Assembly: GCA_024704765.1 (NCBI GenBank)
Contig: JAKMXF010000111.1
Span: 310,001 to 374,000 of the forward strand
Direction: 5' to 3'
From: Oopsacas minuta
Lineage: Eukaryota > Animalia > Porifera
DNA length: 64,000 nucleotides
In this document: positions 34,378-46,100 of the stretch, one piece after another
Layout: each line of letters starts with the position of its first letter
How positions within the stretch are numbered: the stretch's first letter is position 1
Translations under genes and position numbers: made by a program
Notes under the pieces: generated by a model
Told to the model about the DNA's origin: nothing
The model's input: only the letters and a program-made list of their open reading frames with translations
The model's database searches: none

Positions 34378-34563
34378 GGTTCTTAATTCAATGATAAGTA
34401 AGTCCATCAAATTTGTAGGATTTTGTTATTATAGAATTTCGGATATTTGCCTATTAATGTTTAAAATGTAATTCAATATTTGGGCCATAAATAGTACCAA
34501 TTATTGCGTGTAAAAGGTAAATAATATGGAATAATCATACGTCAACACTTTCACTAGTGAATA

Positions 34564-34737
34564 CAGTAGAACTTCGTTAATACGAATATCCAGATATGAG
34601 AAACAATATTTACACAAAATCAGGTTCCTATAATGATTATTCAAAATTGGCTCATATTACTCTGGTTAATATGAATTCCAGTAAAAGCGAACAAATTTTG
34701 ATTGTCCGTTGGTGTTCGTATTTACGAGGTTACACTG
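34564..34737 (+). mobile_element. pogo-type MITE
   Basis: CAGTAGAACTTCGTTAATACGAA / TTCGTATTTACGAGGTTACACTG. Confidence 0.8.
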
Positions 34738-34756
34738 TTAATAGCATATTGAGTAA

Positions 34757-35005
34757 TACAAGAAAAAAGAAATGAAAGAAAGTTAAAAGAGTTTATGAGT
34801 ATAGGAGAGTAAATAGGATATAGTAGATTAACAGTCAGAGAGGGAGTTAGTCTTGTAATTATCAGATTTGACTTTTAACCGAATTCCTAGTAAGATATCT
34901 CTTGATACAGAACACTGCAATTATTGCAACAGCTAAAATCGCAGCAATAACGAGCAATAAGAATACTATTACTGTAATTAAGACACCTTCTTGAGCATAA
35001 ACATT
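34757..35005 (-). repeat. Inverted duplicate of the receptor TM/tail/3'UTR segment (48642-48890)
   Basis: 249 bp with 5 mismatches counted by eye; encodes NVYAQEGVLITVIVFLLLVIAAILAVAIIAVFCIKRYLTRNSVKSQI*. Confidence 0.95.
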
Positions 35006-36311
35006 TTCACTTTTTTGGATGGTAGCATATTGATTCTCATAAATTTGTGTTTCACGGTCGGTAATTCTGACTCAAAAAACTTTATGAATAATTACATGTG
35101 AACTTAGCAATCTTAATAGTCGTCTTCACGTTAAAACACAGGAATTCAACATCTGCAGTAAATTGCACATTGTATGTAGACTTTTAATGTTTGTGAGAAA
35201 TTCTTACACTCAACAATATGAATGCTTTTCTAATGAATTATAATTTGTAAAGCCACAGGTACACTTCTCTGGAAATTTGTTTAGGAATATAAGAGAAATT
35301 ATCATAAACATGCCGGCCTTCTTTTCATGCAATAATGAACTGTAGCATAACTATTATTATATCGAACAAAATATCAGTAAGTTGGACGCAGCTGAAGTCC
35401 AAAGAACATCCCGATGTTGGCGAATTGACAACATCCTCCACAACATATACATAAATTCAAACTAAGGCAATTAATACAGAAATCCTTTTAGCAACTAAGT
35501 ATGAATTGTGGAAATCAACATCATATGAGTTAAGATATCAATTATAGAAAATTATCTATTTCTTCATACCACGCTGTCTATCTACAACTTCACACAATGT
35601 ATCAACCTTACTGATCTCTGAATTAATGTATTTATTCTGTGTTTTGTAAAGTTATGCTACTATTACGATACTCATATTATGGCGAGCGAATATTATCGAC
35701 AATTATGAATTAAAGTTGAATGGCGTGAAAATCACTAAAATGGAATGAAAAATTTAAAAAATTCTCCCATATTTTCCAATTTTAACGCCATCACCTATTG
35801 GACTGCTAGAATAATCATAGACAGACAAATGTCCTACTTCAGCACATCCCTATTTAGCTACATGAAATTTTAAGAAATATATTACGAATATTGTTTACAT
35901 CAAATTGGCTGTTGGAAAGCTAGAACATATATAATTACTACTGATATGATTAGTGAATTAATCATATCGAGTTTGGTCTTAAGAGTTAAGGTAATTAGAC
36001 TTTGCTCACTTAGATATCTCTATGAACAGATATACGTGGCTAATTAATATTTCATATTACCTTGAATAATATCCACCCCTGAAGCTCCTCTATATATTGG
36101 TTTGTAAGGATAAATACATATAACGCAAACACAAGTATGATTATATCGAATTATTGTGTTTAAAATATCAAAACTATGTTGTGGAAGGTTTTATTTGCAC
36201 TAGCTCGGGATGCGGATATTCCTATTAGATCTCTCCTTTATTCCATACCCGTGTTGACATATTTTACTAGCTTTAAAATTGGGATCTGATAGTATACTTT
36301 AGGGGTATAGC

Positions 36312-36438
36312 CAGTGGCAGTGCCAGGGGGAGAGGAAAAACGGGGGCATTTGCCCCGGGTCTGACAGATCCTCAGACCACCACTGCCAATTATATAATAA
36401 CATTTTGTCCTGGGTTTGAAATCCTGGCACCGTCCCTG
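36312..36438. mobile_element. Short hAT-type MITE
   Basis: Imperfect TIRs CAGTGGCAGTGCCAGG / CCTGGCACCGTCCCTG; 7/8 matching flanks GGTATAGC / CGTATAGC. Confidence 0.6.
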
Positions 36439-37113
36439 CGTATAGCACATAATTTACCTTCTAGGGATTTTTCAGCAGAAAATATGTTTCTTCAATAAAT
36501 CAATAGAAATAATTGATATAGCAATAGTAATAGCTGGCGAAGAAAATTCCTCTATTCATCCAGAATTATTAACAAACATCATGGGCGGACCAAGGCGCTG
36601 ATAATTGGGGGCAAAACTGGGCAGTGGAGGAGTTAGGTCATTTATGCAATATACATTCGATTGTATAATCTTGATGAGACAGTGGGATTGACACACAAAA
36701 CTTGATACGTGTACCCAAAGTGTGAATCACTAGTCAGATGTGACTATTTACTTGGACAATTGATTCCCTTAATGAATACACGTATTTCAAAAATAGAAAT
36801 GAAAGTCATTTTGCCGCCCTGTGGAGCATCAAATTCTTTCTAGTCAGTAATGTTTTTCAAGATAGTTTTACAAAAATAAGCACTTCTATTTCGCTCCACG
36901 TCCTCGGAGGCCCTTAAATCGCTATATTTCCTCGAATTTGGTGACTCTGACTCAGTTGGGGATGCTTATGACTCTCGATCCTAAAAACTTTTGGACTCCT
37001 GATATGTGCACAGAGCTAGAATGAGCTATATAAGTAAGCAAATCCATCGAATAGATCGCTTCATTTCACATACATTGAGACTAGAATAGTACTGATAGTA
37101 TTCTAACTGTGAG

Positions 37114-40100
37114 ATGAAATCGCTAATTTTCTCAATCTTGCTGTTAACTTTGCATCTTCAACAGATAATATGTTCAGGTAATATATTTTGTAGATAATTT
37201 TTCGCAGTAGAGTATTCACTAGATATAATATTGTATAATGGAAGTCGGACAAGACGCGACCCTTGGCGGATCCAGGGGGGGTGGGGGACGTATCCCTCCA
37301 TCAGGATATATTACATGATATGGAATCATAATGGTATTGGAAAATCATGCCAATACACTGAAATATTGGCCCAGTTTGCAAACCGTAAATTTTAAGCTCT
37401 CTTTGCTTGCATATTAACCTCAATCATATATGAATATTGTTTCAATCTACGGACGGTTATACCTAACGTAATTATTCGAAAATTACCTTATACAAATGGA
37501 TGCAAGTCATAAATATGTTTATAAACACAACTAGCGCGCTTCGCTGGCTAGGTCCCTGCGGGACGGGCGGAAATATCCTTGAACTTTGTCACTTGTTTTG
37601 CATAAGTATGAAACAGCTACATTACAAAAAATGAGGAGCACTTAATGCTCTGTAGCTAATAAAAATAATGTTTTCTGTATAGTGGTCTTCTCAGGAAGTT
37701 TGCTACGAAGTGATTTTCAACCTTTTTGTATAATAACGCCTTTTCCAGGGGGAAATATTCCCCGGATTAACCGTTGAATCAAAATCTAGAACATCATTTG
37801 AATTATTGTCGAAAAGGTGTGAAAAATTGATTAATTATATGATAAATAAGTATACGTATGTATACACCTGACGAACATCAACAACGAATAGAATTACAGG
37901 TTACGTTCGGTGTAATACAGTTCGTTCATCAGGATATTAACTATACACCAAAGCGTTACTCATACATGGAAGTTCTGTATAATGTATAAATCATACTTTG
38001 CTTCGCTAATATATTGCAGGAAACATAGAACTAAATTCTCTTAATTACACTCTTTCATATCCAGGTGCAAATTTTGGACTTCCAGATAATGGATGCCAAG
38101 GAATTACATCTAGTGGAAAGTGTATAAACTATGTTAATAATGCGATCGGAATAAATTGGGAGAATTCTAAAGCTCTATGCACAGCACCTCAAACAATAGC
38201 TTCTATTTCTTCCAGCGAAGAGAATGATGTGTTGTACAGCCTCACTGATGTATCTACTGGCTACGTAGATTGCTGGATAGGATTTAATGACATAATTACA
38301 GAGAATTCATTTGGGTGGGTTGACGACAGCTCAGTTAGCTATACAAACTGGGGCTATGGTCAGCCAAATGAGGGATCAGGAGATGAAGACTGTGTACAAA
38401 TAACTCCAGACTCTTATTGGTATGATATTTCATGTGAAGACATTAAGCACTGCTTATTTTGCAGTTCTGAAGGTAAAATATTTAATATTATTAGATGCAT
38501 TATTTCTGATATTTTAATCATTATATCAATTTCTAGTTGACAGATTTGGACGTGTTGTTCCAGAAGCAGGCTTGGGAGATTTTACAATCTTAACCCAAGA
38601 CACTACACTATACTGCATTGAGGAGGGAACATACTCTTTAACCTGGCGCTCTACTTTCATAGGTGGATATAGTGACATTATCATTATTCCCACTCCTAAT
38701 ACGCACGGTGAAAGTGAGTTAGATATCCAGCTGGATGAGCCGGGCTACTATATGTGTGAGGCTACGATAAACAATGGGATACCTAAGATGTATACAGTAG
38801 CATTATTGAAATCTGGAATCTATCAAGGTAATCAAAATTCAAGTCTGTAGCACCTAGAAGGTCCTTAATCTATTCTAAACAAATACTATTCGCAGTTTTA
38901 TATGAACGCACTAAACCAGGAATTATATCCATATTTCAATGCATCAAAATTTGCTGAAAAATTCCTATTATTGTTAAAGTGTTATGTATGATCATTTAGT
39001 GGACCCATTCGGAGAAGATGTGATTAACTCATTTTTCCAAGCTTTAAGTGACAACACTATCCTAACTACAAGCCAAACTATATACTGCCTCGCGAGCACA
39101 GAAGATACTTCGAGATTTAACTGGGTGTACATTAATGCAGACGGTATTGCAACAACCTTACCTCATGTAATGGGTACCAGCAAGGGAGTTAGTGCTTTGT
39201 ATATAAACACTGCTAATCCAGGTTCATACAGCTGTGAAGCGACACTTAATGATGGAACCAAAAGTATATTTACTGTAATTCTTGCGCCAACTCTGTATAC
39301 AGGTAACCAACTATGTGTTTACTACTAATGAATTCAAATTATACTGTCACAAAAGATATTTTTAGCAATGCATTTAAGGCAATGTTGCAACTGAATAGTC
39401 CAATATTGGCTGCTGCCGAGTATCAGTATTCGGTATTCGGCTGACTGAATATATTTGGCTGATCGACTATCTATTCGGTCGGAGCAGTTTCAACCTTGAA
39501 TTCAAACAACTTAATTTTCCTGGGAAAATCTCGGACAACTAAAATTTTTCACTTTTTTGGCTGATTTCTCTGGAAAACATAGATTTTGAAAGTGATTAAT
39601 TTATAAACTATCTGAGGTCTTTTTACCGAAGGTACTGTTATTAGACAAAAAGATTTTTCACTTTCAAAATCAAAATTTTCCAAAAATCATCCTAAAGTGA
39701 GCAAAGATGAAACTTTGGTGGATTTCAGTATTACATATCAAACTTGGTTGCATTCCTGGTGGTTAGCGGAATTTCGGTTACACGAGATTTTTTCTAAGAA
39801 ATGATGTAGCATGAAACATGTCAATAGCTTCATATTGAATCTCCTAATCCCTAGATCCAATAATTGGATGTGATGCAATTACTGACAACGGTAATTGCTA
39901 CAGATATATCTACATCGCTAGCGGGCTTAGCTTTTCTGATGCTCAATCCAGTTGTGAAGCAAATGGAGGAGATCTAGCTTCAATATTTTCTAGTAGAGAA
40001 GATAACTTGTTGAGAAGTCTAGTACCTAATAGTGATACCAATTGCTGGATAGGGTTGGAAAACTTTTATGCCGACGCAGCCCAACATGCATGGATTGATG

Positions 40101-43100
40101 GCACTCCTGTTGAATACCATGATTTCGACCTCAGCGGTTGTAGACGTCGTAGAGGTCTTGAACTCGATGAACCAGCTAGATATCGTAGAACTGTTGTAGA
40201 TTGTTTGAGTATTGCTGTTCGAGGTACCTGGCGTACAAGTTCTTGTGCTAATACAAAATCTTGCTACTTTTGCACGAATAAAGGTAAATTTGTAACAATA
40301 TTAATATTTAGAATTCAATCAAATATCGCATCTCATGATTCATTATCTATTTCAGTGAGAAAGATGTTTGCAATGCAATGAATATATATGTTTGTGTAGT
40401 GAGTCAATTTGGACAACTTATTGAACCAAACCAATACACAAGTTTGTCTGATAATGCTATTCTGACTGCTTCAACAACTCTACACTGTATTACAGAACCG
40501 CTAGGCAATTCACAGGTTATCTGGAGTTATGTCGGTCTAGATGGGACAACAAGTAAGACGTTTGATGTTGCAACAGATGCTACTACGGGGTTAGTTCATT
40601 GGATGTAGACATAAATACTCCTGGATACTACAGCTGTGAAGTGACACAGTTCAGAGGAGAGGATAGGAAGAAGTATACTACAGCACTACTCAATCCATAT
40701 ATCACAACAGGTATGTATATATTAATCTGTAGGAATTGGAGATAGGTTTACTTACTAACAAATATACAATATTCCTATAGTGATTTCAGCTGGAGATACA
40801 CGGTATTATACACACGGATTAGACAAAGATGGTATTCTCCTATTTTGCAAAAGTTTTGACCACTCGGTAACATTTGGGAACATTGCATGGAGAACAGCTT
40901 CCGCCGTTGAATACCCTAACCCTCTAGATGTTAGTAATATCCCTTCAGACTTCTATATGATTGATTGTATTGATAAGAGTACTGGTAACAAGCTATTTAC
41001 TGTTGATTTACGTATTCAAGGTTTGTCATACACAGTGGAGCTTACTACTAACCAATATAGAATGTGTTTATTAATTATTTTCTTACAGGTCCGCCTGTTG
41101 GAACTATCCAAGAATTGAATATTGAGACATTCTCTCTCCCTCCTCCTCTACTAAATAAAGCATATGTTCCTTACAATACAACAACAACAGATCTTAGTAT
41201 TAATGTGATGTACACCAATATGGGTTGGAGAGGTCCTGCAGTCGAATCCTCTGATAGTAATGTACGAGTAACAATGTTCTTAAGTGTTGATATAGGTGAA
41301 TACTACTTTTATGCCATTAACTGGGATAAAGAGAAACAGTTAGCTTTACAGATCCTGATTGAAGGTTTGTTCTGTTTTGAAAAGATTGATAGAAATTATG
41401 ACAGAATTATTATACAAATTGAATTATATAAATATTCCTCTAGTTTATCCACTCGGAATCTTCCAAGGGAGTTCCATTTTATATTTAGAAGAATATTCAA
41501 TTGTAGAAAATGGCGAAACACTCAACTGTGCAGATTATGACCAATCTACAATAGCCTGGTACTTATATGAATTCCAAACGAGGGTTACTCAATTGCTCCA
41601 CGAGGCCACAGGTACTATCCAATTGACATTAGGACAATTACCTGCAGGCCTTCTCTATTGTCAGGTAGTAGAAAGAGGAGCATACGCGCCTACCTATCAC
41701 GATCTTGTTCTCAATGGTCCAAGTCTTACAGGTTAGATAACTTCCTATACATTCTCCATATATAATTCCAAATGTAAATCTTTTGAGTTAATCTGTATAT
41801 GTATAACCACTTCCTCCAACGCCTGTTTCTCAATGATATTTGATTATTATTATTATATGACTAAGGCTGTTGGTTGAATATAGAAATTTACAAGAAATTT
41901 TTCTTCTGAGAAACCCAAAAATTTCAATTCATCAAAGCTGTAAATTCGTGTTTTTTTTTTCTAATGGAGCACAAAAATTGATTATTCAATAAAATCTTTC
42001 GTCAATTTCCTTACTTATAGATTTAAGTTTCACTGATGTGAGCATAATTCCCTTTCCCTGCTTATTGAAGTTGCCTATTTATAGAGGCCTCTATTATAGA
42101 GATTGCACTGTTTCAACCAGACAATCTCAGGCCTCAAATATGTATTCATAATGTGCATTGAATTAATAAATGTATCTGCATGATTTTCCACAGTTGTTGA
42201 AGAATCAAATTCTTACATATTCACAAGAGATCAACAAAGCGATACTGAAGAATTGTTATTATGTCACAAAGCTGACAACTCTCTTAATGCTGTTTTCCTT
42301 ATTTGGAGAGAAGTGGGTCAGACAAAATTGTATTTTAATCCTCTATCAACAAACTATATACAAATATACAGAAGATATCTTATGGAATGCATTGATGCTG
42401 TCACGAATGAAACAATATTAACAATAGACCTCTTGCTACAAGGTTTGATTGATTCAATTTATCAACATATTAGCTAAATACTATACTCGTGTACCAAAAT
42501 AACGATAATCATATACAATGGATGCCAGTTATAAGAACATCCTTGGGAGTATCAATTAGTGCATGTTGTTATAACCGGCATACCGTAATACAATAATACA
42601 GTCAACATCCGATAACTTGAACACTGAAATGTGTTTGCATAATCGAATCTTCGTGTTAACGGATGTATACTATATATGAAAATCGTTTTCCAGAGCATCT
42701 TGCTAATAACCGGCATCCACTACACTGTACTTGTTATTGTTTGTATTTACTACATTTATAGGACCAGTTTTGATAACACTTTATGATGGATTCTATGAGA
42801 GTGCTATATCAACGTCAGCATCATTAAACTACAGAGCTCAGGATGTAGTACTAAGTGCTAATGTAGTTGGTAGATGGATGAAGCCTGATCAAACTTATGT
42901 CGAAGATAGCTCTATTACATTCTCAACTTTTGAATTGTCTGATGTAGGAATGTATACCTTTTCGATCCCTAATTGGGATTTGAATAGTGGATATACAGGA
43001 GATTCAACAATAGAATTTACTGGTATGTATTTACAGCGTTTCCTACCTGTAGTGCATGGATCAGGTCTACAGGATCTCAAAAATTCGTATTAAAATCTAT

Positions 43101-46100
43101 GGAAGGGGTCCACGGGTGAAAAGGGTTGGGATACGCTGATCTATATGCTATTATTTTACCGACATTATTCTCATTAGTTTATCAAGCTGGACTTCTAATA
43201 ACTGCAAATACGTATGAAGAATTGCCTAACTATTCCGTGATTCCTGCTAGCACGACTCTATACTGCATAGATACAGTTGACAATGAAGTTGAATGGCAAT
43301 ATGAAGATCTAGCTGGTACCATTACTAATATCGAGTCTTTTACAGAGTCAGAGACTGGAGTTAGTTTACTGAGTGTAAGCATTGATGAACCTGGATTCTA
43401 CAGGTGTACTTTGGATACCATTAGTGATAAATATATTCATACTACTGTCATTCTTAACACTTCAATCTATACAAGTATGTATACATATTTTAAATATTTA
43501 CATATATAACAAATAAGTGCATGTAGCATGAACAAGGCATAATCTCTTTCTCTAGTTGTCCAGCAGGCGGGTCAATTATTCACATACACGATTGGAATAG
43601 ATGCAGCGAGCACGAGCCTAATCTGTGTAGGAGAAGGGAGTCGAGTTTATATAAATATTGATTCGACAGAAGAACTGAGTAACCCTTTAGAGGTTAGAAG
43701 TATCCCAAATGATGGAAATACGCACACGATTGCATGTAAAGATACAGATATTGATAGCACGATTATCTCTTTCTCCCTCTTTATACAAGGTCTGTTACAT
43801 AATGTACAGATAGTCTCTATTTTAATAAGAACAGGATAAGTGGATTACAGTTGTGGAACTATCATGAATAATTGTACAATACGCAACGAGTTCTATCCGC
43901 TAACAATATTTCTTGTTTAAAGTATCTGCGGTCAACTACAATTACATTAACACACGAATATATTGAAATACCCGCTTATATCAAAACCTTAAATTGCATT
44001 ATGCTACCAAACCTTCAAATTGACATAAATTACACTAATTTTATTGAACTCAGCTTATATTGAAGTAATTATCGTGGTCCCTTGAGCTTACTGGTAATGC
44101 CAATAAATATAATGTAATTTCCACAACAGGACCACCAGTCATAACGCTAGATGCTGGAACATCCGACAACTACGAACTGCTATCACCAGAAATCAATTCA
44201 GCATATGTCAATCTTAAGTCTCCTAACGTAGGCCTACATGTGAATATTCCAGGTAGATGGCAGAGGCCAGATGAGACATTTGTGGAAGATATCTCGATAA
44301 TCTTTCCAGTATTTGACTTAACATATGAAGGTTTATACAAGTTCTATGTCATTAATTGGGACAATGAGGAAACACTAGCTATGCAGATATTGATTACAGG
44401 TATGGTATAATTGTATTATCAAATTATTCCTTAGTTTATATTTTTTCTTTCTGATTAGTGTATCCATTTGGAGAAAGGATTGATGAGAATACGTACAGAG
44501 CTATTTTAGAAAAAAATTCATACTTGACTGCTAGCACAACTCTCTACTGTAAAGGAGCGACTGACTTGGCTTTTGTCGTCATTGGAAGTAACTCCCAAAC
44601 TCCAATTGATTCTGGGTCTGAAGTTAGTATATTTGATGCTGAGTCCCCTGGTCTATATATCTGTAGAAGCACTGAGACTTATGAAATACTTCTTATTGAC
44701 GAATCAATACATACACGTAGGTTGAACGAACAATTTTAGTCATATGTGAGGAGGCTGCTCATCCAGCTAATTCCGAACACTTTTCATGTGCTTCCAACGC
44801 CCATAGAGTAAACATCCGAATCATTATTCACGTATACGATTGTTAAATATATCCAGTTTATATTCTATTTCTTTAATAGCTATACAAGCATCAAACTCCT
44901 ACACATATACACGAGATGTAGACAGAAATGATGCATCCCTTGTATGTATTACACCTGACAACAGTGATCCATTTTTCCAATTTTGGGTTGACATTGAGGA
45001 GAATTTGATTTCAAATTCTTACTACCTAAACGTGGATGCACTTGAGGATGGAATAAATCTATTAATCTGTATATCATCCAGTTTTACGAATACAATAGCA
45101 CTGACTGCAGACATATTCATACAAGGTTTGTTGACTTCAATAACAACAGAATCGTAACTGGCTCTTACTATACGGGTCTATACTCTAGTGATCATAGTAG
45201 TATTTGTGTAGTATATTTTATAACCAGCGCGTTTCGCTTGCTAGGTCTCTATATAGATATAATGTACCTTGTTGTTCCAACAGGTCCTCCTGAAATCACC
45301 CTGAATACAGGTACAGTAGAGAGTTATAATTCTCTTACTCCTGGTGACAACACAGCTAGTATAAATCTTCAAGCACAGAATGTAGTTCTAGCAACTAATC
45401 TAGCTGGTAGATGGCAGAGACCAAATGGAACATTTGTTGAAGATGACTCGATAACATTTCCAACTTTTGAGATATCAGATCAGGGAGTATACAAGTATTA
45501 TGTGAATAATTGGGATAAAATAGAAACATTAGCTATTCAAATACAATTATCAGGTACATCTCTATCTTATATGTATTGTATTGTTGTATGTAAATCCATG
45601 CAAACGACAAAAAACCTTTAAAAGAAATCGAATGGGAATAATACATTCCTAATGTTATAACTCACAAGCATAATCTGATTATTAAAACTTTAACTGCCGA
45701 CGAGGAATAAAAATATTCACATTAGAAGAATCCTATACCCGAGGTGCACATTCACCCCCAGAAAGGACCCATGTACCAATTTTCATGTCAATCGAAACAG
45801 GAGATTTCTCAGGGTACCCCGCACTGACGGAAGTAGTACACCGTCCATTGCAATAGGCTATTTCCCTATAGGAACTGAATCAACAATAATTTTCTTGGAT
45901 AAATGAATATTATCTAACTTAACACATTTCTTAACAATATACTTTAGTGTTTACATTTGGACAAGAGATAGCATCAAGTGTATACGAAGATTTATCAGAT
46001 CTTTCAGTATTGACTACAAATACTACTCTATATTGCATAACAGAGAAGATAGACATTCCAGAAGTAATCTGGAACTATGAAGATCTACAAGGTGTCAGGA

